DNA of 63,923 nucleotides, filler included, from Octopus bimaculoides (taxonomy: Eukaryota), in the NCBI RefSeq assembly GCF_001194135.2. It is 10 parts of 9 records of this genome, joined end to end, with 100 filler letters (N's around TTAATTAATTAA, not from the genome) between each part and the next. Parts side by side here need not be neighbours in the genome. Positions count along the whole stretch, not along the records: positions 11,363 to 39,799 come from NC_068991.1; positions 39,900 to 43,407 come from NW_026329426.1; positions 43,508 to 45,569 come from NW_026384766.1; positions 45,670 to 50,125 come from NC_068992.1; positions 50,226 to 53,403 come from NC_068986.1; 5 more parts are not named here. One strand, 5' to 3'. Made by a program: the position numbers and the translations under genes. How positions within the stretch are numbered: the stretch's first letter is position 1; the number at the start of each line of letters is the position of its first letter. The notes under the pieces were generated by a model. It had not been told where the DNA came from. It did no database searches and saw only the letters and a list, made by a program, of their open reading frames with translations. This document shows, piece after piece, positions 38,952 to 52,660 of the stretch.

Positions 38952-39465
38952 CGTACATATAAGGGATGTATAAATATATGTATATATATATATGTGTGTG
39001 TGTATATATTTGTATGTTTATATACACATGTGTTTTTACACGTGCTTATATGTGGATACATACAAGCATGCACGCACGTACATATACTCATACGCACGCA
39101 CAGACGCATAGAGGTATATAAGCTAGAAAGACCTCCATATCTCACACCTATGGTGAGAACCATATTTTTATAACTTATGTGAATGAACGAAAGTGCATCT
39201 ACCTGATCTAACAACTAGAAATGGTAATCTGCACAGCACCTAAGACATCAATGCCATCTTCAAAAAGGACACATGGAACATAATTCCTGAAATAAAAAAC
39301 GAAAAAAAAAAATGGGCTTGTCAAGGATTCAACGCTTTTTTTTTTTTTTAAACATATCTCTCTTAGATCAGCGCTAAACAACAATAGTTACAACGAAAAC
39401 AAATACATTCATAAAACATACTTTTAAGGATAATATTGATTAATCGTATTTATTACCATCATTCA

Positions 39466-39513
<48 letters not shown>

Positions 39514-39899
39514 CATTATTATTATTATTGTTGTTGTTGTTGCTGTTGTTTTTGTTGTTGTTGTTGTTATCACGATTGTTGCACATCTGCTGTTATGTTA
39601 TTGCCAAATAAGAAATGCTGCTGGTGCTAACGCAGCTGCTGCAGACTGTTACATCTGCCGTTGCAACTTCTAATGCACACCCACACACACACACACACAT
39701 ATACACACACTCATATATATATACAATATATAATTATATATACATGTATAATATATACATATACATTTATAGTGTATATATATATATATATATATATATN
39801 NNNNNNNNNNNNNNNNNNNNNNNNNNNNNNNNNNNNNNNNNNNTTAATTAATTAANNNNNNNNNNNNNNNNNNNNNNNNNNNNNNNNNNNNNNNNNNNN

Positions 39900-42800
39900 T
39901 TTAGATGTTTGAGAATATCAGTGTAGGTAGATATGTGCAAATAACAGTTCAGTTAGATATGTGATGAAAACAGTGTAGTTACATATGTGATAATAACAGT
40001 GTAGGTAGAGGTGTGAAAATACCAATGTAGTTAGATATGCCAGATTAAGAGTGTAGTGAGATATGTGAGAATAACTGTGTAGTTAGATATGCGATAATAA
40101 TAATATAGTTAGATATGCGAGATTAAGTGTGTAGATAGATATGTGAGAATACAGTCGTTAGATGTGTGATATGTCGTTAGATGTGTGATAATAACAGTAT
40201 TGTTAGATATGTTAGAATATAAGTGTAGTTAGGTATATGAATATAAGCGTTTTGTTAGATATGTGAAAATATCAGTATTGTTAGATATGTGAGAATAACA
40301 ATGTTGTTAGAAGGATGAAAAAAAGAGTTTAGTTAGATATGTGATAATAACATTGTAGATAAATATATGGCACTAACATTGTAGTTAGATATGTGATAAA
40401 AGCAGTGTATATATATGAGAATTACAGTGTAGGTAGATGCGTGACTATAGCAGTGTAGTTAGATGTGTGATAATAGCATGTGTAGCTTGATATATGAGAA
40501 CAAGAATGTAGTTAGATGTGTGAGAATGACAGTAAAGTTAAATTTCTGAGAACAATAGTGTAGATAGATGTGTGATAATAGCAGTGCAGGTAGATATGAG
40601 AATAACAGTGTAGTTAAACGTGTGATAATAACAGCGTAGTTAGATATGCAAAAATAACAGTATAGTTAGATGTGTGAGAAAAAACAATCTACTTAGCTAT
40701 GTGAGAATAACAGTGTACAGTTCTATATTTAAGAGATGAGGAATTATGTACATTATTTACNNNNNNNNNNNNNNNNNNNNNNNNNNNNNNNNNNNNNNNN
40801 NNNNNNNNNNNNNNNNNNNNNNNNNNNNNNNNNNNNNNNNNNNNNNNNNNNNNNNNNNNNNNNNNNNNNNNNNNNNNNNNNNNNNNNNNNNNNNNNNNNN
40901 NNNNNNNNNNNNNNNNNNNNNNNNNNNNNNNNNNNNNNNNNNNNNNNTATTATTATTGTTATTATTATAGTGTAGTTAGATGTCTAAGAATATCAGTGTA
41001 GTTTGATATGCGGAAATAACAGTATAGTTAGACGTGTGATAAAAAACAATGTAGTTACATATGTGATAAATCATTGTAGTTAGATGTGTGATAAAAACGG
41101 TGTATTTTATGACAGCGTAGTTAGATTTATGAGAACAATAGTGTAGTTAGATGTGTAATATGAAAATAACAGTGTAGTAACATATGTGGTAATAACAGTG
41201 CAGTTAGATATGTGAGAGTAACAGCGTAGTTAGATATGCGATAATCAGAGTGTAGTTAGATTTTTGTAGATAACTGTGTGCTGACATGCGTAAGAATAAC
41301 AGTGTAACTATATTTGTGATAATGACTGTTTAGTTATAATGGTGAGAACAACAGTGTAGTTAGATATGTGAGAATAACAGTGTAGTTAGATATTTGACAT
41401 GATAATAACTGTTTACTTTGATGTGCTATAATAACTGCAGTTTGAGATGTGATAATAACAGTCAAATTAGATATCTGAGAATAACAGTGTAGCTCAATAT
41501 GTGATAATAACAATGTTCAAAAATGTGTGTCAATAACAGTGTAGTTAGATATGTGGGACTAATATTGTAGTTAGATGTATAATAATGACAGTGCACTTAG
41601 ACGTGAGAGTAAAAGTGCAGTGAGACATGTATGAATAACAGTGTAGTTATCTGTGTGAGAATAACAATGTACTGAAATATATGAGAATAACAGTGTAGTT
41701 TAATGTGTAAGAATAACAGTTTACTTAGATATGTGAGAAGAACCGTGTATTTGGATGGGTGATAATAACAGTGTAGTGAGGTATGTGATAATACCATTGT
41801 TGTTAGATAAGTTTGAATTACTGTGTAGTTAGATATATAAGAATTACAGTGTAGTTAGATGCGTGATAATAGCTGTGTAGTTAGATGTGTGAGAATTACA
41901 GTGTAGTTAGATGTGTGAGAATAACAGTATAGTTTGATGTAGCTAACTACACTGTTATTCTCACACATCTAACTACAAGTTATTCTCACATATGTATTTA
42001 AACTCATATTCTCTCAATTCTAGCTACACTGTCAGAATAACAGTGTAGTTAGATGTGTGGTAATAACTTTGTAGTTAGATATTTGATAATAACAGTGTAA
42101 TTAGAAAGATTAGGATAGACTAATTAGATGTGTGAGAATAACAGTGTAGATAAATACATCATAACAACGGTGTAGTTAGTTATGTGAGAATAGCAACGTA
42201 GTTAGATTTGATGTGATAATTACGTCTTAGTTAGATGTGTGATGAACGCCATGCAGTTAGATATGTGATTATAAATGTCAATTTATTTGTGGGAATAATG
42301 GTATAGCTAAATATGTGACAGAGTAGATAGATGTGTGATAATAAAAGTGTCGTTAGACATGTGAGAATAACAGTGTATTTGGATGGGTGATTATAATAGT
42401 GCAGTTCGATATGTGAGTATAACATTGTAGTTAGTTGTGTAAAAATAACAATGTACTTAGATGTGTAAGATTAACATTATCGTTAGATATTTAAGAATAA
42501 CAACTTAGATGTGTGAGAATAACAGTGTATTTGGATGGGTGATAATAACAGTATAGATAGATATGTGAGAATAATAGTGCAGTTAGATGTGTGATGACAA
42601 CAGCNNNNNNNNNNGATGACAACAGCGTAGTTAGATGGGTGAGAACAACAGTTTAATTGGATGTGTGAGAATGAAAGTGTAGTGAGATAGGTGATAACGG
42701 CAGTGTAGTTAGATATAAGAAAATAACAGTGTAGTTAGGTTTGTGAAAATAACAGTGTTGTTAGATATGTTAGAATAACAATGTAGTTAGATGTGTGATG

Positions 42801-43407
42801 ATAACAGTGTAGTTAGATATTTAACAATAACATTCTGAAAATAATAGTTTAGTTAGCTATGTGAGAACAACAGTGTAGTTAGTTATGTGGGAATAAAGTG
42901 TTCTTAGATAAGTTAGAATAACAGTGTAGTTAGATATGTGTGTATATGAGTGTAGTTAGATGTGAGGGAATAACTGCGTCGTTAGGTGTTTCAGAATAAC
43001 AATGTTCTTACATATGTGAGAATAACAGTGTTGTTAGATATGTTAGAATAACAGTGTAGTGAGATATATAAGACTAAGGGTGTAGCTAGACATGTGTGAT
43101 AATTACAGTGTAGTTAGATGTGCGATAATAATAGTGTAGTTAGATATGCAAGATTAAGTGTGTAGTTAGGTATGTGAGAATAACAGCGTAGTTCGATGTG
43201 TCATAACAACAGTGTAGTTAGGTATATGAGAATAACAGTGAGGTTAGATGTGTGTGAATAATAATGTAGTTGGATATGTGTGAATAATAATGTAGTTGGA
43301 TATGTGATAATAACAGTGTACCTATATGTATGATAATGACAATGTAGTTAGATATGTGATAATGACAGTGTAGTTAGATATGTGAGAGTAACACTGTACT
43401 TTGATAT
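39900..43407. repeat. 26-bp minisatellite array (consensus ~GAGAATAACAGTGTAGTTAGATATGT), diverged, with gaps
   Basis: Continuous head-to-tail GTAGTTAGAT(A/G)TGTGA(G/T)AATAACA units over ~3.5 kb (on the order of 120 units). Confidence 0.92.
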
Positions 43408-43511
43408 NNNNNNNNNNNNNNNNNNNNNNNNNNNNNNNNNNNNNNNNNNNNTTAATTAATTAANNNNNNNNNNNNNNNNNNNNNNNNNNNNNNNNNNNNN
43501 NNNNNNNCATA

Positions 43512-43890
43512 CACTTTTACTCTTTTACTTGTTTCAGTCATTTGACTGCGGCCATGCTGGAGCACCGCCTTTTTAGTCGAGCAAATCGACCCCAGGACTT
43601 ATTCTTTGTAAGTCTAGTACTTATTCTATCGGTCTCTTTTGCAGAACCGCTAAGTTACGGGGACGTAAACACACCACCATCGGTTGTCAAGCGATGTTAG
43701 GGGGGGGGACAAACACAGACATACAAACATATATATATATACATATATACGACGGGCTTCTTTTCAGTTTCCGTCTATCAAATCCACTCACAAGGCTTTG
43801 GTCGGCCCGGAGCTATAGTAGAAGGCACTTGCCCAAGGTGCCACGCAGAACCCAGAACCATGTGGCTGGTAAGCAAGCTACTTACCACAC
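43512..43890 (-). mobile_element. SINE A, nearly full length
   Basis: Tail CTTTTACTCTTTTACTTG through head CTTACCACAC; short deletion in B-box region. Confidence 0.9.
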
Positions 43891-44296
43891 ACTCATATAT
43901 ATATATGAGAAGAAAATGGATGTAATAACAAGAGAAAACTCGTGGTTTTCGCTGGTATGCCCTTAATTTAATTAGATAACAAAGAAGGAGGAAGCAAAGA
44001 TGAAGGTAGCATTTACGATCGTTTCGATTTTCTGGTTTAAGTAAATCTCTTCAGAATGCGAATATAGATAGATGCATCACGTAATTTCGAACCCTATGAT
44101 AAACACTTAGTTCTCAGCGAATATTACTGCCCTCGGAAGTAATACTTGTACCTTGATTATAGATTAATAATTTTACCTTCATGGTTATTTTATGCTTACT
44201 AGCCAGTTATATTATTATTTTTTATTAATAATATCTTTATATATTTTGATAATTATATATATATATGTACACACATTTTTTTCTCATCGCTTGCAG

Positions 44297-44322
44297 GAAT
44301 CGGCTCCAGCTGGGAACAGACG
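44297..44322 (+). other. Candidate 26-nt microexon of an unidentified host gene
   Basis: Pyrimidine tract TTTTTTTCTCATCGCTTGCAG | GAATCGGCTCCAGCTGGGAACAGACG | GTAAGT; GC-rich island; open in all three frames. Confidence 0.45.
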
Positions 44323-44453
44323 GTAAGTAATTTTGCAGTTCAGTATCTTCTTCTTCCTTTTTATTCTTCGTCCTTCTTCTTCTTCTTCTTCTTCTTCTTA
44401 ATTCTTCTTAATTCTTCTTCTTGTTCTTCTTCACCTTCTTCTTGTTCATCCTT

Positions 44454-44484
<31 letters not shown>

Positions 44485-45098
44485 ATTCTTCTTCTTCTTC
44501 TTCTTAATTCTTCTTCTTTTTCTTCTTCTGCGTGTTAGGCATGCTATACGTAGCAGGTCGACGCTCATCAGAAATGCTTCCTCTTCGTTTGGCCGAGCTA
44601 ATTCCTAAAGGATTTTATTTGAAAGAGACCTTGTTGTTGCTATTCACAGCAAATCTAATGACCTCCTAAAGAATCTAGTTTGAGGATAGTTTGACTACTG
44701 TTTGGTGTATGTAGTAGGCTACAAACTGGCCGAGAGTTTCGTGCATTGATAAGTACCAACGCACGGAACTCTCGGAAATTTTTGAAATCTCAGTCTAATG
44801 AAGATTCAGTTATTATTTTTTTCTAGTAGTAGACCAAAAGTTCGGTTTGGTGTTCATTTTAATCGACTGAACTCATTAAGTTGATGCCCACCGTAGGGGC
44901 AGGCACATAACTTTGGATAATTATTTTTCTTGTACAGAGGCCCCTCCTCAGAAAGGGTGAAAGGCAGAATTGACGGGATTTGAACTCTGGGAATAGATGA
45001 GAGTCGCAATAAATAATAGCAAAGCATTTTTGAAGAGGTGCTGACCGCTTTGCTATATTCACCTTAACATACAATCGATATGTATGTATGTATACTTA

Positions 45099-45163
<65 letters not shown>

Positions 45164-45319
45164 CTGTCTCTCTCTCTATATATATGTATTAATATATAGC
45201 TATATTTGAATATATATATATATATATATTTATATATGAATATATTTGTGTACAGGTGTATATATCTAAGTATATGTGCGTTCATATATGCATAGATATA
45301 TGTGTATGTATGAATATAG

Positions 45320-45361
<42 letters not shown>

Positions 45362-45437
45362 TATTTATGTCTGTGAACGCGCGCGTGTGTGTATGTGAGC
45401 ATGCGTGTTAAAAACAAAATATAGCTAATTACCGGGA

Positions 45438-45495
45438 GACATGTGTTTCTGGAAACTAATTAATTTCAGGAAGAATTAATTAGGTCCTTCATCAG
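45438..45495 (-). ncRNA. Hammerhead-like core without a convincing stem I
   Basis: Minus strand CTGATGA-a-GGAc-CTAATTAATT-cttcctga-AATTAATTAG-ttTCC-a-GAAAC-ACATGTC. Confidence 0.35.
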
Positions 45496-46405
45496 CTAGG
45501 GGATATGTATGTTAAAATGCATAATTCAACCAAAGATATGTGTTTCACTACACCACCAAATATAATATANNNNNNNNNNNNNNNNNNNNNNNNNNNNNNN
45601 NNNNNNNNNNNNNTTAATTAATTAANNNNNNNNNNNNNNNNNNNNNNNNNNNNNNNNNNNNNNNNNNNNTATATATATATATATATATATATATGCAGAG
45701 ATAAACATGCATATAGATATGATATATACATGTATATTAATAACCACGTACCTATATATATGATATATAAATATGCAAACATGTGTGCATGTACGAATGT
45801 ATATACGTATACGTATATATACAAATTTACATATATACTCTTGTGTATATAATTGCATATTTATGTATATAGATATGTATGTATATATGTAGATATATAG
45901 TTGTACATATGTATATATATATACATATATATTTGCGTGAGATTCTACGCTAACTCCTATGTTTTTACTCCATCTATCGATCCAGACAACGAGTGATACT
46001 TAATGTAAATGTAAATGTTTGCAGATAGGGAAAGGGAAACATAATTGTGGAAAATGCGACAGATCTATATAAAGATTATCATGCAGGTTTATAGTAAAGC
46101 TTTCAGTATGAGAAGAGGTAGGGTGAGGTGGGTGTCGAGAGAAAATGAGTCCATTAGCGTTGAATTAAGAAGTGAAAACATACCTTGCCATTAAAAAGGT
46201 TTACGTGTCATTTTTTCGTGTAAATTTTATCTCGAAAAACTATTTCCGAATAAAAATAAAGACACATTTTAGAAATTTAGATATATTATAGCTAGTATTG
46301 AATATTCACTGTAATGAATATACACTAAAGCACCGTTGATTTTGAAATGAAAACAGAAAACAGAAAATGTGTCTGATATGCAAAATACATATATTTATAT
46401 ATGTT

Positions 46406-46462
<57 letters not shown>

Positions 46463-46996
46463 NNNNNNNNNNNNNNNNNNNNNNNNNNNNNNNNNNNNNN
46501 NNNNNNNNNNNNNNNNNNNNNNNNNNNNNNNNNNNNNNNNNNNNNNNNNNNNNNNNNNNNNNNNNNNNNNNNNNNNNNNNNNNNNNNNNNNNNNNNNNNN
46601 NNNNNNNNNNNNNNNNNNNNNNNNNNNNNNNNNNNNNNNNNNNNNNNNNNNNNNNNNNNNNNNNNNNNNNNNNNNNNNNNNNNNNNNNNNNNNNNNNNNN
46701 NNNNNNNNNNNNNNNNNNNNNTATATATATACAGAGAGAGAGAGAGAGAGAGAAATTAGAGACAGATATTCTCTGTATACAATTCACTTCGTAAAGCTCA
46801 AGAGATTAGAACTTGAACAGGTAAAAGAATAGATGTAAGGACAAGCAAGTTAGACAAGTCGAGATACAAAAAATGCTAAATAGTACATATGTGTACATAT
46901 AAAAGAAGTCCAATGCAAAGTGGAATTGATACCAGGAATTAAGGCGGTTGAATATGTGAAGTGGTGTGTGGTGTGGTGATGCGGTGTGTGAGTGTG

Positions 46997-47073
<77 letters not shown>

Positions 47074-47199
47074 ATATATGTGTGTATGTACGTATGTATA
47101 TGTATATATAAATTTAAATAATCAGAAAATGGAGAAAACTTTTGATCAACAAACAGAATTGTGGAAATTAACAATGACGAATATATAGTCTGCACCATT

Positions 47200-47620
47200 A
47201 GATGCTGGAATCATGGGAAGCAGAAATTGTCCGACAGGAGTAAGCGAATGTTAGTGTCGCATCGTTTTACATATTCACGAGAAATAGGAACGAATGCCGG
47301 AATTATCGAGGAATTACTCCTTTTCCTATACTCAAGAAAGAGGATGCCAACAAGAGGTGAACTCCGATAGACTGAGTTACAGTAATTGTGCCTCGTGGAC
47401 TCAGAGAAGAAGAAGGCATCATAGATATAACGTTCTTTCCTGTTAGATCCAAGAGATATGCGTGGAATAACAACAGAAATTGAATGTGGTCATTATTGAC
47501 ATCGTAATCGTAATCAAGAAACTACACTGGTCGGGTACGAAAGAAGAATTCATAAAGATTTGAAGAATTAGAAACATTTACTTCACTGATAAGATCGAAT
47601 TGTTATGAGGCTTCGCACTA
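47200..47620 (+). mobile_element. Old RTE-like reverse transcriptase fragment
   Basis: Hand translation SWEAEIVRQE*..RNECRNYRGITPFPI..GLREEEGIIDITF resembles CWE..VPQDW..GDRSECGNYRGISLL..GFR..RGT.DMIF. Confidence 0.55.
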
Positions 47621-47811
47621 CGTAGTTGGATTACAATCTAAGGTTACCTTGGGAGTTAAGAAAAGCTGCATACCAGCGCTGGCGTTATTCTCATTCTGTC
47701 TATTCACAGAAAGTCTATAATGAGAAATGTTTTGTCCCACACAAAATCACGTAACGAAAGACTTCCCCATTCTATCACATAGGTGTGTGTTAAAAATAAA
47801 CGTACAAAAGG

Positions 47812-47972
47812 TGTAGGCGTGTCTGTGTAGTAAGAAGTTTGCTTCTCATCTACATGGTTCTGCATCTCCAACTCCACTGCGTCGCACCTTGGGCGTCTTC
47901 TACATTTGCCCCCAGACCAGCCAAAACATTATGAGTGGATTTGGTTGACAGAATTTAAAAAAACCCGTCGTG
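47812..47972 (+). mobile_element. Diverged SINE A 5' half
   Basis: CACTGCGTCGCACCTTGGGC..GAGTGGATTTGG..CCCGTCGT. Confidence 0.75.
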
Positions 47973-48013
47973 CATATATATATATATATATATATATACA
48001 CACGCACACACAC

Positions 48014-48054
<41 letters not shown>

Positions 48055-48080
48055 TGCGTGTGTATATATGAATATATTTA

Positions 48081-48368
48081 TACTCTTTTACTTGTTTCAG
48101 CCATGTGACTGTGGCCATGCTGGAGCACCGCCTTTAGTCGAGCAAATCGACCCCAGGAGTTATTCTTTGTAAGCTTAGTACTTATTCTATCGGTCTTTGC
48201 CGAACCGCTAAGTTACGGGAATGTAAACACACCAGCATCGCTTGTCAAACACAGACACACACACACACACATATATATATATACATATATATGACGGGCT
48301 TCTTTTAGTTTCCGTCTACTAAATCCACTCACAAGGCTTTGGTCGGCCCGAGGCTATAGTAGAAGACA
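48081..48368 (-). mobile_element. SINE A (head in gap)
   Basis: TACTCTTTTACTTGTTTCAG..GGCTATAGTAGAAGACA. Confidence 0.9.
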
Positions 48369-49317
48369 NNNNNNNNNNNNNNNNNNNNNNNNNNNNNNNN
48401 NNNNNNNNNNNNNNNNNNNNNNNNNNNNNNNNNNNNNNNNNNNNNNNNNNNNNNNNNNNNNNNNNNNNNNNNNNNNNNNNNNNNNNNNNNNNNNNNNNNN
48501 NNNNNNNNNNNNNNNNNNNNNNNNNNNNNNNNNNNNNNNNNNNNNNNNNNNNNNNNNNNNNNNNNNNNNNNNNNNNNNNNNNNNNNNNNNNNNNNNNNNN
48601 NNNNNNNNNNNNNNNNNNNNNNNNNNNNNNNNNNNNNNNNNNNNNNNNNNNNNNNNNNNNNNNNNNNNNNNNNNNNNNNNNNNNNNNNNNNNNNNNNNNN
48701 NNNNNNNNNNNNNNNNNNNNNNNNNNNNNGATAGTATCTATCCAGTATACTGCTGCGAGGGTACCCAATTATTGCTACACTAGTGCTATACTAGGTGCAA
48801 TCAATGGGAACGGGTAAAAGTGGAGGTTTTACCCAAAATTTGTGTAACAATTAGAAAATGGAGGATAATATGCTGAACCCAACTACTTGCAGACGGTGTA
48901 TCCCGTTGAATTCATTAATTTAATTCATAGCAAAAGTGATATATATATATTGGTGTTGGTACGTTTAACTTAGCGATTCTGTGGTGATAGAGTACGAACC
49001 AGGCTTTAAAAATATTTTCAGGTATCGATTCGTTTAACACACTGTTTCTCGAGCCTGTGCTCTATTATGACTTTGCTCTAACAACTGATGCACATAAGGG
49101 ATAGAAAACTAAACTTTATTTGGACTCAGGATGTGCTTCAGTACAAACCCCAAAATGCATTCTTTGCTGTTTTGTATACAGAGGAAATAAAAATTCCAGT
49201 TGGGTCCCCTAATAATGGAGACGACATCTACACCAATGTGGCGAAATCACGCAGAAGCGGTGTCCGGTAGTTCGTTGTAGGCTTTTGAATGCTTGAGAAA
49301 GCATTATTCACTAAAAT

Positions 49318-49640
49318 TGTTGATCCGATCAACAGAACAGCCTGCTCGTGAAATTAACGTGCAAGTGGCTGAGCACTCCACAGTCATGCGTACCCTTAAC
49401 GTAGTTCTCGGGGAGATTCAGCGTGACGCGAAATAGAGGTACAAGAAAAGCAGGAAGAAAGAATGAGAGAAAGTTGTGGTGAAAGAGTGCAGCAGGGTTG
49501 GCCACCTCCCCCCGCTGGAGCCTCGTGGAGTTTTAAGTGTTTTCGCTCAGTAAACACTCACAACGCCCGGTCTGGGAATCGAAACAGTGATCCTAAGACC
49601 GCGAGTCCACTGCCCTAACCATGGGCAATTGCGGCTCCAC
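49318..49640 (-). mobile_element. SINE C with tRNA-like head
   Basis: Minus-strand head ..TTGCCCATGGTTAGGGCAGTGGACTCGCGGTC..GTTTCGATTCCCAGA; body matches 34680-34905 and 61570-61838. Confidence 0.85.
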
Positions 49641-49894
49641 GTAGGTGTATATGTAGGTGGAACGTGGTCTATAAATCATTGTATGAAATAATTGCATCAT
49701 AGATTGATTGCATCAGGGCGTCGTAATGTTTTGCTTGAGGACGGATAACAAAAAGAAGAAGGGCTGTTGTGTGCACCAAACGAAGTCAGAGAGCGCTGAC
49801 AATACCGTGACAAAAAGTGAGAAGATGACAAAGGGAGTTTCAAATGTGCAAAAATAATTCTAATTCAGATAGACAGCAAGGAAGGGAATGTCGT

Positions 49895-50085
49895 GCAATG
49901 CAAGGTGGCCATGCTTTTATAAGAGCTGCTGGCATTTAGGCTCTGTGTTCGAAATCCGCTGAGGTCGTCTTTACTTTTCATCCTTTCAGGATCGATAAAT
50001 TAAGTACCAGTTGTGTACTGGAGTCGATCTAATCGACTGGCCACCTTCCACAAAAATTTCGGGCATTGTGCCTAGAGTAGAAAAG
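49895..50085 (+). mobile_element. SINE B variant
   Basis: GTTCGAAATCCGCTGAGGTCG..TTTCATCCTTTCAGGATCGATAAATTAAGTACCAG..TTGTGCCTAGAGTAGAAA. Confidence 0.75.
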
Positions 50086-50712
50086 GGTAGCTGTTGACAT
50101 TTTTATATTTCTGATTTAGAAAACANNNNNNNNNNNNNNNNNNNNNNNNNNNNNNNNNNNNNNNNNNNNTTAATTAATTAANNNNNNNNNNNNNNNNNNN
50201 NNNNNNNNNNNNNNNNNNNNNNNNNAGAGTTTGATAGAAAGAGAGGGATGGCGAGAGAGGATTAGAGAGAGAGAGAGAGGGAGGGAGAGAGGATTAGAGA
50301 GAGAGAGAGAGGGTGGGAGAGAGGATTAGAGAGAGAGGGAGAGAGAGCTAAGTAGGGAGGGAGAGAGAGAGGAGTAGGGAGGGAGAAAGAGTGAAAAAAC
50401 AATATTAGAGAGAAGTGGAGAGTGATAGGGGAAAAGCGGGAGGTTGATAGATAGACAAATTGATAGATATATATATATATTGATAGATATGTAGAGAGAA
50501 TGGAAACCAAGATGGAGTAATATGGAAAGACCACGAGTGGATGGGGTGGGGGGAGAATAAATGAAAGTTCAGACAAAAGAGACAAGAATATTGGTGTGTG
50601 TATGTGTATATTACATCTCACGCACACACACTTGCTTATGTACGTGTTTGGATGTGTATACAGGAAGCAAATTATGGAAAGTGAGACACAGAGGGAGATG
50701 AGGGACAGAGAG

Positions 50713-50748
<36 letters not shown>

Positions 50749-50982
50749 TAGAAATACAGGAAAGAGATTCAAGTGAAGAAACGATAACGGTCTCAATGAA
50801 CACAGAAAAGGTATGGAACTAGAGAGAGAGAGGGAGAGAGGGAAAGAGAGAGAGAGGAGGTGAGAGAGAGGAAAGAAGAAAGAAAGGTATTTATGCATAT
50901 ATATGGGTATATATGTATATATATGTATATATNNNNNNNNNNNNNNNNNNNNNNNNNNNNNNNNNNNNNNNNNNNNNNNNNN

Positions 50983-51029
<47 letters not shown>

Positions 51030-51034
51030 CAGAC

Positions 51035-51101
<67 letters not shown>

Positions 51102-52134
51102 TGGATAGATAGATAAAGAGAGAAATATTTGGAGAGAGTGAGAGAAATAGAGATACACGTCCACAAGAGAAAAAAAGACCCAAATTAAAAAAAAAAAAAA
51201 TCCACAAAGTGTAACTCAGAGAAAAAGAAAGGAGAATATTAGATAATATTAAAAAGGTTTGCTAACTTTTCCTTTATTTCATAATTGTGTTGTTTTATCT
51301 AATAATTACAATGGTCGTCTGCTTATTTTTTTGAAAGCATTAGAATGAAAGCAGCCTTTCCTTATATGTCGTCTTATCCAAAAACAAAACAAAAAACAAA
51401 AAAAAAAATGAACAAACTTACTGCTGGCGACTTATTTCTTTTATCTTTTATCTTGCCTATTGTTCCAAGCTTTACGATTTTTTCCCTCTCCCTCCCATTG
51501 AATCCTGCCATATTAGCGACTGTGCTTGTTATTTTATAACCATTGAGTCATAGTTATTGCATGTCTTTTTTTGTTTTTTGCTGCACTCCCGTCTGCCCTC
51601 ATGTCTGTATGTGTACAGGTTGTTCATACTTTGCTATGTAGCATAAGTTTTATCTTTTCTAATATGTGTGTATGTTTTGTCTTTTTTTTTTTACGTTCGT
51701 CTGTTTTTGCGATTTCGTTTATTCTTGTTTCTTTTTCCTTTATTACGTTTTTTTTTTTAGTCTTTGATTTGTTTCAGTCATAGACTAGGGCCATGACGAA
51801 GCATTGCCCTGTAGGATTGGTCGGATATATAACTCCAACACCCCACCTCCGTCCCAGTACTTACTGCCGAACCACTGAGTTACGGTGAAGTGAAATAAAT
51901 AAACCCACACCGGTTGTGACGCAGTGTGGGGACAAACGCAGAGGTAACGACAAACATTGCGCTTCTCAATACATAATACATACAACATGCGTGCATACAT
52001 ACAACATACATATATACACACAGACATATATATATAAAAGCATACATATATAGGTATATACATAATGCATACATACATAAATATACACATATATACACTC
52101 ATACATACATGCATACATTCATACATACATACAT

Positions 52135-52245
52135 GTGCTAAGAAGCTTGCTTCCCAGCAACTTAGCACCTTGGGCAAGTGTCTTCTACAGCTGTGGGGCG
52201 ACCAAAGCCTTGAGTCGACTTGGTAGACAAAACAGAAGCCCGTCG

Positions 52246-52300
<55 letters not shown>

Positions 52301-52660
52301 NNNNNNNNNNNNNNNNNNNNNNNNNNNNNNNNNNNNNNNNNNNNNNNNNNNNNNNNNNNNNNNNNNNNNNNNNNNNNNNNNNNNNNNNNNNNNNNNNNNN
52401 NNNNNNNTATATATATATATATATTATATATTTATATATATATATACACATATATATATATGCATGTGTGTGTGTATTTATGTGTCTGCCTTTGTCCCTC
52501 TCCCCACTGCTTGACGACCGGTGCTTGTGTGTTTATGTTTCCATAAAGAGATCGACAGAATGAGTAGCAGGTTTTAAAAAATATAAGTTGCGGGGTTGAT
52601 TCGTTCTACTAAAAAAAAAATCCCGTTCAAGGCGGTGGCTGCAGTCTAATGGCGACATTC
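52135..52660 (+). mobile_element. Diverged SINE A spanning a gap in its internal microsatellite
   Basis: 5' half 52135-52250 and 3' half 52480-52660. Confidence 0.7.

Noticed and set aside
39900-43407. CRISPR-like array
   Set aside because: Units are contiguous and degenerate with no unique spacers, no cas genes, and a eukaryotic context: it is a minisatellite
44525-44571. Minus-strand CTGATGA-GCGT..ACGC hairpin
   Set aside because: Not followed by GAAA or a stem III; runs into (GAA)n
49570-49640. tRNA gene (also SINE A/B heads elsewhere)
   Set aside because: The head is fused to a repeated SINE body and lacks a proper cloverleaf
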